A stretch of DNA of 52,560 bases, counting the filler, from Jimgerdemannia flammicorona (Eukaryota): NCBI GenBank assembly GCA_003990765.1. It is 2 parts of 2 records of this genome, joined end to end, with 100 filler letters (N's around TTAATTAATTAA, not from the genome) between each part and the next. Parts side by side here need not be neighbours in the genome. Positions count along the whole stretch, not along the records: positions 1 to 26,230 come from RBNJ01000748.1; 1 more part is not named here. One strand, given 5' to 3'. The translations under genes were made by a program, and so were the position numbers. Every line of letters starts with the position of its first letter. The stretch's first letter is position 1. Below are positions 1 through 12,005 of this stretch, piece by piece. The notes below the pieces were generated by a model. That model was not told the DNA's origin, searched no databases, and saw nothing but the letters and a program-made list of their open reading frames with translations.

Positions 1-444
1 TCATAGTCATGCCAGAGGGTCATTCATTCGGTAGTGTCTTTGAGCTGTTGGGTCATTATATACTGGTAGTTGATGAAGTGTCCAAGGTCCTCAGTGTAGA
101 AGTTCAAGTGTTCGGAAGTATCTGGGCACCAGATGGCCTTCTTGATAGCTTCAAAGATCAGGGTCTTTGGGCCAGACAAAGGGGTAGAGCGGCGGGAGGT
201 CTGGTTGGTTCGGCAAATGGGAGGCATTGTGTGGTGGGTACTTGGTTCTTTGGTGCCGATCTCTGAGGTAAAGTAGGGTTCCTTAAATAACATGGTCTTC
301 ATTTTGGCTCGGATCTTCTTGTCTTCTTTTGGGATGATCACCTAATGGGTCAGGCTGTCTATTTGATTGTCACGCCATTATATCGTCTGATCTTGTGGTC
401 ACAGGGTACTCCAAATTTGGACAGGGTCAATTGTAGATGTCACA
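1..444 (-). mobile_element. Partial LTR-like sequence (runs off the window) containing the start of an ORF
   Basis: Composition switches abruptly to AT-rich DNA after 444. The minus strand starts TGTGACATCTAC. The plus-strand end ttgtagatgtcaca resembles the inferred LTR end at 39731-39744 (ctgtagttataata). The minus-strand frame reads MPPICRTNQTSRRSTPLSGPKTLIFEAIKKAIW. Confidence 0.4.
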
Positions 445-700
445 ATATATAGAATATATCTCTATCTTGATTATTATTAGTTTTGATAGTATTTATATTA
501 TATTACTCTTTATTATAATTCTTTTTACTACTTTTATATTACCAATATTAGTCTTTATACTTATTTTCATTATTCTCCTTATTCTTATAATAGCAGTTAT
601 TCTATATATATCCATACTTACCACAGTAATGATAGTTATTATTAACCTTAATAGATTTGTATTTCTAACCCTATTGATACTTCTTATCTTATCTATATGA

Positions 701-1560
701 TTTTTTATTTTTTTTTTTTAAAGTTACTTAGACTTTTATATTTATTACTAAACTCTCTATATAATAACAATATATCAAAGTCCTCTCCTATTTAATTCTA
801 TAGATAATTTTGCCCCCCCTCTCACTCTTTACATATATCTTATCTATCAATCTATAGTGAAGCCTCTCTCTGAGACTCTATCTCTACTACTACCTATTTA
901 ATAACTCCAACATCAATCACTTTCATCTTGCCACCCATACCCCCAGTACTAGCTATCACTTATTCTCAAAAATGTATAGCTAATATCTAGAGAGTTTAAT
1001 CTAAATAGTAAGAGCCCACTCTACTAATAATTACTCATTATTAACTTCTTCTACCAGCTGAGTCCAAAGAATATCTCACTATCTCCTCACTATCTCTTCA
1101 GCTTATCTCACCTCTAGCTAATTTTTAATTATCTACCAGAAGTCATCTAAAATCTTATATTTATCCAACCAATATTCTGGAGTTTGTACCACTCTTCTCT
1201 TCTACTCTATATTATAGTACTTTTTACAATCAAAGACACTCTTATCTATCAGATGCTCTGATCTAAAATTTAACATCATATTCTACCAAAACAGCCTCTA
1301 CTATACTACTCAATATTTGGATAAAAGCTATTAGACTATAGTCTCACACTATAGCTAGACTCTAGCTCAGTCTCACTCTTTACTAATTTCTACTATTTGC
1401 TATGACTCTGACTATAGATTACATATATTCCTAAAGATAATCCATATTATCCTCTAGATAATAACTATCTATCAAAGTGTCCCCCAACAGAAGTCAGTCT
1501 TATCTCTATATCTTGAGTCTCCAGTCTCTCTCTCTTTTATCACTTTGTCTATATAATCTA
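701..1560 (-). mobile_element. Heavily mutated 3' fragment of the L1/Tx1-like LINE family
   Basis: Poly-T at ~701-719, followed by sequence recognisably homologous to the 3' end of the LINE at 33495-39315 (e.g. ctctgatctaaaatttaacatcatattct vs ccctgactgaaatttcagtatcacattcc). Confidence 0.6.
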
Positions 1561-3099
1561 TAAAATTCTTTTTTATTATCATCATTATTATTACCTTGAC
1601 ATATTTCTTTATTAATGAGACTTGTTATTATTGAGTATAGTCTGTGAGTTTTCTGCTCTTATATATAGCTATTACTTAATATTATACATCTTAGAGAGAT
1701 CTTTTATAAGAGTCAGAACCTTGTCTTTATTACTAATACACTCTGTTAATATACTTAGAGAATTCATCTTATTTATCAGATTATTAATACATTCAGTATA
1801 CATATTTACAGATACTCTTCTTGAGCTTTATTTATAGATTGAATAGCTTAGATTTCAGATGGAATTGATTCAATAAGAATACTTTTATATAATAATTATA
1901 TAGAATCTCTTATATATTGTCTACTGTTATAGCATATATTATAAGCTTTATTTACTAGTTTGATAATATAAAAGTAATCTTTAATAATACTCAGTAATCA
2001 TTTGCAATATCATAATCTTAAATCTATACTTATAGTTTTATATACTCTATCAATCTATACTTCTCTAGAAGATTATATATAAAATATCTAAATAGTATAA
2101 TTCTTACTATTAAAGATTAGAATCAATCTCTTGGTTATATTTATGCTTATTATAGAGACTATAATCATCATTATATCTATTCTGGAGATATCTGTACCTA
2201 CTATAGCTAGTACACTTATACTGGCTTCTTAATTTGTCTCTTATAATATCTTGATATAAAGTAGTATATAGTTTTAGAGAGATATTTATTAGCTACTAAG
2301 TAGGGCTCATAATCTATATTATAACTTAGTTGAAAATATAGAGTAAAGAAGAGCAATAGTATTATTTATTAATTGTTTATATTTTTATATATTGAGTAAT
2401 ATAACTTAAAGATGATATAATTATAAAGAATTACATATTTAAGCTATATTATTAAGATATATAATAATAAGAATTTCAATAGTAGGGGAGACCAGTAATA
2501 TATAGAGAGGTGTTGAATAGATTCTTAGTATCTGGGTTCTGATGATTACTTATTAGTAATGGATTTTTGATAAGAAATAGTAAATAGAAGTTAAAGAGTT
2601 AGTGAATAGATAGTGATAGTTATTCTAAAAAGTAGTATAGAGGTGGTAGTATCAGAGAAAGAGGAATCAATTTAGTATTCTAAAGAAGATATAAGGAATT
2701 GTACTAAGAAGTCAGAGCTGTTTAATATTAGATAATCAGGGGGTAAAGTAGAAGAAAGATATTGACTGAGGGTCTTATCTAAGATAATTAGTCTTCTTCT
2801 TTATATAAGATAGTTTTCTACTGATATGATATAAGGACATTTTGCTGTATATAGAACTCAATAAATAAAGTATTATAATACTTGTAAAAAAAAAAAAAAA
2901 AAAAAAAACTATTGCTATAATTATATATAGCTGAGATTAAGACTAGAGTTATATATATATGAGAATTTCAAAAATATAAATCAGCTATGTATAAATTTTG
3001 GTTATGTGTGAATTTTAGTAATATGTAAATTTCAAGTAATATATTTTTAAAATAAAGAACTAATTATATCATAATATAAGCTATTAAGAATCTTAAATA

Positions 3100-3257
3100 A
3101 AATTGATATTTAATTTAATTTAATTAATTTGAATTAGACTCTCAATTTGATTTGAATCAAATAGAATCAGATCTCAATTCAATTCAAATTTAATTTTATT
3201 TAAATTCAATTTAAATACAAAAATTTTCAATTTAATTCAATTTATTTGACAGTACTA
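3100..3257 (+). repeat. Decayed right end of the hAT family
   Basis: Degenerate (A)TTCAA/TTGAA subterminal array ending ...gacagtacta, like the right ends at 8693, 9733 and 30747. No matching left end found. Confidence 0.6.
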
Positions 3258-3639
3258 TTGAATATAAAAAAAGAAATAAAAATAGCTATATTTTAGATTT
3301 TCTTATAGAATATCATTGTTTTGAATATACCAAGTTAGAATACTTTTTTTTTTTTAATAAAGTTTGATAATAAAGATAGAGATATTTCTTCTGCCTCGTA
3401 TATAAGTTCTCTACTCATCTCATTAGAAAGAACTAGGTCCTATCTACTGTTCTATACTTTGAGAGAGATTTTTCTTTATCTATTACTCTATTTAGGGTAG
3501 TAGAGGCTATATAAATTGACTTAGTCATAGTCTTATATATATATTGGGGTTTTGGATATATATTTTTAATTATGGGTATATAGTTGTTTTCTTTCTAGTA
3601 GTAAGAAGAGCATAGTATATAGAATGAGTATAGGCTATT

Positions 3640-3822
3640 ATAAGTCCTACTGTATCTAGTATAGTTGAGCTACTAGATAATAGCTAGCCTAGATTAATGA
3701 AGATATTGTACTTAGAATAGAGGTGAGAGAGAATTTTGGCCTATATAGTCTAGATTCTCTTCTAATAAAAATCCATAAGACTTAAGTCTATTAAAAATAA
3801 AAATAAATTAAATTAAATTAAA
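3640..3822 (+). mobile_element. 3' end of a second poly(A)-tailed retroelement family
   Basis: Shares gagaattttggcctatatagtctag...aataaaaatc...ttaaaa with 21740-21899. The A-rich tail here has degenerated to (TTAAA)n. Confidence 0.55.
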
Positions 3823-4393
3823 TTAAATTAAGTTAAAATAGAGATAGATTTTTGTATAACAATAGAGGCTTAGTCTGTTATAATTATTCTGAAATCTGTC
3901 TTTTATATATATAGTTAATACTCCCAATGAATTGAATTGAGTCAAATTTGACCTCAATTCGATTTGATTCGAAATATTCAAGGGCCAATTCGATTCGATT
4001 CGATTCGAATCAAGGTTCCAATTCGATGTGATCAAATCAAATCAAAGGTCCAATTCAATTTGAAGTTTGATTCAAACCTTAATTTTTCAAAATTCATCAA
4101 CTCAACGAAAACATGTCCAAAATTGATGAATTTTAGCTTGTTAGATTTGCCTTATTCAGGCGAATCCAACACAATAAAGAATATCAAATTTGGACATGTT
4201 TTCATCAAGTTATTGCATTTTGAAGTTTAGGTAGTACTCCTAATGAATCAAAATTCGATTTGAACAAATCGAATCAAATTAATTTGATTCAAACTTGAAT
4301 GGATTGAATCGAATCAATTCGATTTAAATCTAAATAGTAGTAATTCACACATATGGTTTAACATACAACAACACTCTCTCAAAGTAATCAAGT

Positions 4394-7015
4394 ATGTCTG
4401 ATACACTTTTGACACCACTATCTATAGAGGATACTATGGTAACAGCTTCAGTGTCAGATACAAGTATAGCTACAACAAGTGTAGTCTCATCACAGGTCTC
4501 ATCATGGTCTGAGAAAGGAAAAGAATACTCTGACATTTGGAAGGAGTTTACAAAGGAGTATATGGAAAAAGGAAATGTTCAAATCAAATGTAACCACTGT
4601 AGAGCATCATATAAAGCTATTGATAGTTCAATAACAAATTTGTGGACACATTTTAATAAGTATCATAAGAGTTATCAAGGAGGAGGAGGGATAGAGTTAT
4701 TTTTTTCGCAAGTATGTTTTTTATATAACTTGTCTTTTTTTTTTTTTTTTTTTTTTTTTTTGTTATTGTTATTAATTTATTATTACTTTATAATATTCAA
4801 AAATAGCCAAAATTCTCCATGCCATTATTTTGAGAAAAGCTTGTTTGCTGGATTATCAGTAATAGTCAACCTTTTATAGTTATTGAGAATTCGGAGTTGA
4901 AAGATGTTTTTTCCCTTTTAAAACTAGACATTATTATGCCTTCTACTGGAACTATATGAAATGAAATTAAACTGGCCTTTCAACAGAAGCGTGATACTAT
5001 CAAAATTATGCTATAGGTAAGATCTAATATTTTGATGTTAAATATTAATTCAAGTATTCAAATTAATCTTATTGAATTTGAAAATAGAATATACGAGATC
5101 AAATATCCTTCACTGTTGATACACGGACATCTCTAAATATGCATACATTTCTTGGAATTAATACACACTAGATCTGTCAGAATTGGCAACTCAACTATAT
5201 GCTGATTGATTTTGTCAAGCTATCAGGATCTCATTCAGGTGAAAATATTACTGATGCCTTTGGAAAATGTGTTCGAGATTTTGACATACAGACAAAGGTA
5301 CATAGATCATATTTTGAAAAGGTCAAAAAAAAAAAAAAATTCAGGATGGTTGGGATTTTCAAAAAGAGTGGGATTTTTGGGATTTTTCAAAAAAGAGCAG
5401 GATTTTTCGAAAAAGGGTGGGATTTTTGAAAAAGGTCAGAATTTTTGAAAAAGGTTGGAATTTTAGAAAACTTATATTTCAAATTATTGATCTTTCACTC
5501 TAGATATTAGCTATAATAACAGACAATACATCCAACAACAACACGTTTTTTCAAGCAATTGGAATAGAGTTTGATACTGGTCTTTATCAGCCAATACAAT
5601 ATGCTTGCTACCTGGCTCATATTATTAATCTGGCTGCTCAGGCCTTTTTAATTTGTATGAAGGCTAATGATGATAGAGAACTAATTTCAAAACTCCAAAT
5701 AAGTATTATTAAGATTCGGTCATCACTACAATGTCTTGATTGATTTAAAGTATAATGTAAAGCTTTTGGAATCAGCAATCTAAAAGAACTTATTCTGGAT
5801 ATTAAGACTCAGTGGAATTTAATATATTTTATGATTAAATGGGCCTTAGAATTATCAGAGGTAAGTTTTATATTATATTATATTATATTATATTATATTA
5901 TAATAATTTATTTATTAATAAATTAATTTTTATTAATAGCCCTTAACTACAACAATTATGGCTGATAAAGATTTGCGAAAATATGCCATTGAAGATAATA
6001 TTTGGCAAATGCTAAAAGATATTATGAAAATTCTAAAAAACTTTCAAAAGGCAATAGATCTTGCAACTAAGCAGAAATATATAACAATTTATATGGCTAT
6101 TCCAATTTACAACTATCTGCTGAATAAGTTGAAGGATGACAAAGATATTCAAATGCCAAAGATGAGAGAGCCGACAGATGAGCCAATGGATATTATTCAT
6201 CAGGCAATAACAGCAGCTATTGATAAGTTGAAAATATATTATTCAATGACAGATGGTCTTTATTATATTGGTACTAGTAAGTAAATATTTTGATAAATCT
6301 ATTTTGAAATTTGCTTGGTGTTAAGACAGTTTCGAAATTTGATCAGTTGGTCACTATGAATCTATTTTTTGGAATGAAAACTAGTTCTCAATCTCAGAAT
6401 TAAACTAGAATATTATTCATCCTATGGTTGGGAAGACATTTGGATTCAAGAGGCTGAAAACACACTTTATATAGTTTATAACAAAAACTATGCCCCTCCA
6501 TCTGGATCAGTTTATTGTACAATTTCCAATGTTGATGTCAATGTTGACGTCAGTATTGATGTCAATGTCAATGTCAATACTGCAATTGAAGATAATAATG
6601 ACATCCTTGCTGAACTAGATGAATATATATTCTATGGTAACAAAAGACAAAAACTGACAACAAATCCTGAGCAGGAGGTAGATGCTTATTTAAAAAGTGA
6701 AATTGTTAAATTTCAATTAGGAGTTGATATATTATCATGGTGGCAAGTGAGTTGGGCCTTCATATTCGAATTTGGTCTATATATTTCCAAAGTCTTTTTC
6801 TAATTAATTCAATTTATTGGGAATATTAGAGCCATAGTGGAGATTTCTGAAATCTAGTGAAAATGGCATGTGACTATTTAGCTATCCCAGCAACAAGTGC
6901 TCCGATTGAGCAGGTTTTTTCAAGTGGTACAGATCTTGTAATATCCAATAGAGGTGCTTTAGACCCTGAAATGATCTGTGAATGTATATGTTTAAAGGTA
7001 TGGCAATCAGTCTAG
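4394..7015 (+). pseudogene. hAT transposase pseudogene with a BED zinc finger, about 7 exons
   Basis: BED finger (IWKEF...CNHC...NLWTHFNKYH); ISFTVDTRTS; LSGSHSGENI; AIITDNTSNN; CYLAHIINL; DIKTQWN (TRWNS-like); C-terminal LAIPATSAPIEQVFSSG. Predicted GT-AG introns 4712-4806, 5017-5087, 5298-5503, 5861-5939, 6277-6384, 6747-6829. Several in-frame stops (CGA->TGA, CAG->TAG, TGG->TAG type). Confidence 0.9.
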
Positions 7016-7109
7016 TATTCCAATCTCAAAATATAGTATAATCTCGAAATATAGTTTCTTGAAATACCAAATATATATACATACCTGATCATTATATCAG
7101 AATTCTGAA

Positions 7110-7565
7110 CAATGAAGTGTCTATATTCCAAGCTCTTGGCTTGCTTGTCTGCATTATATTGGTTCACTGCATCACTGCCAAAGCTACCTATTTGCACTAT
7201 TGGTACTGCCGAAGCTTCCTGACATCACCACTTCGAAACTCTCCTGCTCTACACCATATTGGCTCCATTGAAGCTACCTGTCTACCAAAGCTTCCTGATG
7301 GTACCACTGCCTCAAAGCTCTCCATATTGCCTCACTGCATCACCACTATATTCAAAGCTCTCAGCATCACAGCTATATTTGAAGTTCTCGGCTTGACTGT
7401 ATCACCACTATATTCAAAGCTCTCCATATTGGCTCATTGTATCATCACCACTATATTCAAGGCTCTCAGCATTACACTGCTATATTTGAAGCTCTTGGTG
7501 TCATGCTTCGAAGCTCTCAGCATCACACTACTATATTTGAAGCTCTTGGCATCATGCCATATTTA
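7110..7565. repeat. Degenerate tandem repeat array inside the hAT
   Basis: Recurrent units like ccactatattcaaagctctcagcatca / aagctctccatattggctcactgcatca, variable length ~27-40 bp. Confidence 0.8.
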
Positions 7566-7642
7566 AATCTAAGTATCAGATAAAAAACATATAAATAGGC
7601 TGTCTAAGCTGCGCTTCTGTCTGCATTTCAAGCTAAAAAAAA

Positions 7643-8225
7643 ATGACTGACAAATTTCAAAATTACCTTCATCATTTATCTTGGCAAGTTTATCTTGAAG
7701 ACTTGTCCAAGCACTTCAAGGAAATGAATAAGACTATCAGCAAAGTTTTCAAATGGCTAAATGATGACAATGATGATAAGACTGATGAAAACTACAAGAA
7801 AAATAAGAAGAAAATAGAGAAAGCACTTGAGAGATTTATCTCAGCCAGTCATGCCCTTGCTGACCCTCAAGTCCAAGTCCCTGCCAGCCCTCAAACTCAA
7901 GCCTCTGCCAGCCCTCAAGCCTAAGCCCCAGCCAGCCCTCAAGCCCTGGCCCCAGCCCCTCAAGCCCTGGCCCAAGCCTCTCAAGCCCCAGGCTCTCAAG
8001 CCCTGGTCCCTCAAGCCCCAGCCCCTCAAGCCCCAGTCCCTCAAGCCCTGGTCCCTCAAGCCTCAGCCCCGAAGCCAAGAAGAGGATGACATATTACAAG
8101 TTGCCATAATTGCAGAGTGTATGGTAAAACATGCCATACCATTCCCAGGATTTGTCAACATCTTGATCCAACCATCTCTGATATTCCTCCAGGCAAAAGA
8201 CCATATGATAATATACATCGGATAG
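7643..8225 (+). pseudogene. Second (passenger) ORF inside the hAT, unknown function, Pro/Gln/Ala/Ser-rich repeat region
   Basis: ATG preceded by an A-run; helical-looking N-terminus (MTDKFQNYLHHLSWQVYLEDLSKHFKEMNKTISKVFKWL...), then ASPQA-type repeats encoded by the ccctcaagccc array at ~7860-8075. Interrupted by a stop at 7922-7924; the 3' extent is uncertain. Confidence 0.45.
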
Positions 8226-9315
8226 CAGCTGCTGTGGCCAGGCATACTGAGAATGCTTGAATTTATATGTTGGGTGATGGATTGCCATCGGTGGTGATGT
8301 ACAGGAAGAACATGGACATAGTGACACCAGGAATTGTGGTAAGTAGTGGGGGGATGTGCTGGAATCGGCCAGGAATGCTGAATTGTGAATAAATTAGGAT
8401 AGGAATTAGGATGCTTGAATGAATAGTATGAAAATGAATTGTACGGTGGGTGCCGAGAATGCTGAATTGTGAAAATCGATTATAAATAAAAAGATTGATG
8501 ATACAAGATTGATGACGTAAGATTTGAATCGAATCCTCAATTCAATTCGATCGAATCGAATCAGACCCCCAATTCAATTTGACTTTGATTCAATTTGACT
8601 TTGATTCGAATCAAAAAATCCTCAATTCGATTCAACTTCAATCAACTCCAATTCGATTTGATTCAAATTAATTTGATTTGTTTGGGAGCACTATATATAG
8701 TAGAGTTTTGAAGCTATTTTAATTACTCTATAAAATACTTACTTAGCTTAATATTATTAGTATAGATAATAGTAATATTGTAATAAATTAGATCCTTCTA
8801 AATAAAGACAATATTATCTCTGAAATTAAAACTGCTCTCATATTATCTAAAATAAGAAAAATAAAGAGTTTTTTTTTTTTTTTTTTTATAAACACTAGAC
8901 CCCTTATTAACTAATCTATAATAAACATATAGTTCTCATATCATACTGATAGTTACAACCCAACTTTACTCTACTCTACCCCAATATACTCTTTTTTCTC
9001 TACCCTCTCTTTCTTAAAAACTATCAGATCATTAACTATCTCAATCTACCTACTACTTCTCTTATATATCTCTTCTATTAAATATCTATAGTGACTCTTT
9101 TGGGGGTTCTACCCTCTATCAGCCTGATAGAACATCTATTATTAATCTCTTCTACTTCACTATTCTTTCTTTCAAAACTATCTATCTCTTATTCTTAAAT
9201 ACATATTATTGATATAATCTACCAACCACTCTCTTAAGTTATCCCATCTCTCTCCCTCTCTACTATCTTGCTGTCATACCTTTAGATAATCCAACTATTA
9301 CTCAGAAGTCATTAA

Positions 9316-9733
9316 TAGTACTCTCAATAAATTGAATTAAACTGAATTTGATCCAAATTTGATTTGATCAAATCAAATCAAAGGTCTAATTCAATTTGAT
9401 TTAAATTGAATTAAAGGTTAATTCAATTGAATCAAATTAAAGACTAATTTAATTTAAGGTCTGATTCAAATCCTATTTTTCAAAATATAATAACTTGACA
9501 AATATATATCCAAATTCAATAATCTTTAGCTTATTAAATTCCTCTTATATAGGGAAATCTAATAAGCTAAAGATTATTGAATTTTGATATATATATATTA
9601 GTTAAGTTATTACATTTCAAAAAATAGGATTTGAATTGGACTCTTAATTCAGTTTGAATTCAATTTAATTCAAATTGAAAAATCTCCAATTTGATTTAAT
9701 TTGAATTGATTTTTGATTTATTTAAGAGTACTA
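9316..9733. mobile_element. Non-autonomous hAT derivative (MITE), 418 bp
   Basis: TIRs tagtactctcaa / ttaagagtacta; TSD gtcattaa (9308-9315) / gttattaa (9734-9741); subterminal arrays; central palindrome of ~170 bp. Confidence 0.9.
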
Positions 9734-10349
9734 GTTATTAAGTATCTTATACTCTCTTAATCAATATTCTAATATCAATATAATTCTCTTCTTCTATCTA
9801 ATATTATAACAATCCTTATACTCAAAAACTTCTTCTTCTGTCAAGTGTTCTGATCTAAAGTTCAATATAATATTTCTCCTTAAGATATATTACCATACTA
9901 CTCAGAACCTTGGAGAAAGCTACTACTATATCTCAGTACTCTAAGACCAGACTCTAGCTCAGTCTTATATCTTACTAATGTCTATCAACTACTAGTTTAT
10001 TGACCACAGATCCTGTCCCACCCCCTATTGATACTTAATGTCAGTACTAATGTCAAAGTTCATCACTGGTAAACTACCCAATAGAAGTCTGTAAGTACAC
10101 AATCTCTAAGTCACCAAAATTACACATGATCTCCAAACAAATCTGGAAATCACCTGTAAGATTATGAAGCTAAGTTAAACCAAAATCATAGTACACAAAG
10201 CTAAGTTAACTCAAAGTCACAGAATATAAGAATTACACAAATAGAGTCTAACCAATCAAGACTAAATGTATATATACCAAGTACTGAGATATGTTGAAAC
10301 AGAGAACCACAATAAACCAAACAAACAACCCCAACTCCTATATACAAAC

Positions 10350-11447
10350 ATGACCACTGAGATCTATAACTATATCTATACTGATATTTGAAATACTATT
10401 GTCAACTGAGCTATACCCCCTCTGCCCCTTATGAATATCCATAGCCTAGCACTCCTCTACTTTATAGAAGCCTGATGGAATACCCTGAACATGCTTAGCA
10501 AAGCCCACCAAATTGGACAAATCTCAAGCTACTACCAGATTGGCTACTTCCTAGAAGACATGGTCAAATACTACTATGATATGGATATTACTCAGATATC
10601 TCAATACCAGAAACTCATTGCCTGCAAATATCAAGAACTCTTCTATGAGTATAGCACTGTTATTCTCCACCTTTGAGTTACTACTGTCAAAATAGTTACT
10701 ACTCTATCCTATGGCCAAATTGACAATATGATACAAGAACTCAACTACAAGTATATTGAGTATATTCAAACTACAGACAGAACCTTTCCACACTCTGATG
10801 ACCATATTTTGTAAATGCCTCAAGTTAGATATGCCATAAAGGATGTCTATAATATAATCTGGTTTGACAAAGATAAAGCAGAAGATAATGATTTCTCTGA
10901 TACTAATATAACCCCCAGCTAAGAATCTCTACCAACCCTGATCATCTCACCAATCTTATCAATAAACTTACAATAGTTCATAACCATCTATGAGATTTAT
11001 TAGGATAATGACCACTGGTATAAATACTTGCCTGCATTTACCCCTAATTACTTTAACTATAATGAAAAGACTGGAGAATATAATCTATATCTCCAGACAA
11101 CTCTTGAGATTAAACCAATGACTCTACTATCTGAGTATAAGCAATATGAACCACAGCCACCAGTTTACTACAATTCAGCAACTTATAGCACTATAACTTA
11201 TAAAAGATATACAGATAGTGAATCTGACAAAAGTGAAGATAATACACCCCTCTTTTGCCCACCAACTCTATACCCAGCATATGAGGTAGATGATGCTATT
11301 CTGTAAAATAGTAATGAGGTTTCAATATATTACTATATGAGTAAACAAGGAGAAGTAATCTGAGAAGTACTCTTTATAGATGACTACTTCATCAGAGATA
11401 ATATCATCAATAGTGATATTATTAAAGAATACTCAAATAGCATCTAA
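10350..11447 (+). pseudogene. LTR-internal ORF (~365 codons, stop-interrupted), unknown protein
   Basis: One frame from ATG 10350 (MTTEIYN...) to TAA 11445-11447. It contains ORF-track pieces 10491-10676 and 11028-11306 in the same frame. Several internal stops are sense codons in copy B. Confidence 0.75.
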
Positions 11448-11640
11448 ACCTATAGATAGCTTAATAGTCATAGTATAGTTAGATTAACCTTATATGATGT
11501 AACTGTGAACTAACTCAGCAGTCAGACAATCTTTTGATACATATGTCAGATCACACTTATACTACATGACTGCATTCTGACTCAGCAAGATACTAAGTAC
11601 TATATCTATATTTAGCATAGTCTAGATAGCCCCTCACTAG

Positions 11641-11652
11641 TATAAATACCCC
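11641..11652 (+). promoter_or_regulatory. Putative LTR TATA box
   Basis: TATAAATACCCC, conserved in copy B (12482-12493, minus strand); a similar motif occurs in the other LTR family (32711-32720, minus strand). Confidence 0.55.
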
Positions 11653-12005
11653 CTCCTCCAGACCTCAGAATCTTAGACTTAAATAATCTGAATAACTTCT
11701 GAGCACTTCCCCACAATACCCCTTCATATAGACTACTTCTAGTATAGCAATATCATAAATAGTGAATAAACTTATTTAATAACCTATAAACTACTCTTAA
11801 GTAAATCTGCTCTCCATTAGGTCCCACTTCTAACCCCATCATGAAATTTCCTAATTGGGTATTGTCTGCAGTAATACACTAATTCAACTAAGCTAGCCTT
11901 AGTTTCTTGAACTTCCTGAAATACAGAAAATTCTGAACATTCAGAACTAGTCTGAAAAAAGGACTTTGGTTGAGATGTCAACTCAATCTTGAAATCAATA
12001 AGTAT

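Larger units (their letters stand above)
3916..8693 (+). mobile_element. hAT-superfamily DNA transposon
   Basis: TIRs taatactcccaa (3916) and ttgggagcacta (ends 8693). Perfect 8-bp TSD tatatagt at 3908-3915 and 8694-8701. ATTCG/CGAAT subterminal arrays at both ends. Internal transposase gene. Confidence 0.95.

Noticed and set aside
437..700. Very hydrophobic Ile/Leu/Phe ORF (also 1622-1837, 43256-43678, 44369-44833)
   Set aside because: A by-product of T-rich decayed or antisense TE sequence, not membrane proteins.
1580..3090. AT-rich stretch that looks like a decayed coding or TE sequence with poly(A) at ~2886-2908
   Set aside because: Too mutated to assign to any family by eye.
5869..5902. 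(TATTA)n run, and (TTAAA)n at ~3795-3835
   Set aside because: Ordinary microsatellites in an intron and a degenerate A-tail; not telomeric repeats.
7110..7565. Repeat array resembling a CRISPR
   Set aside because: Units are degenerate and variable, with no unique spacers and no cas genes; the context is a eukaryotic transposon.
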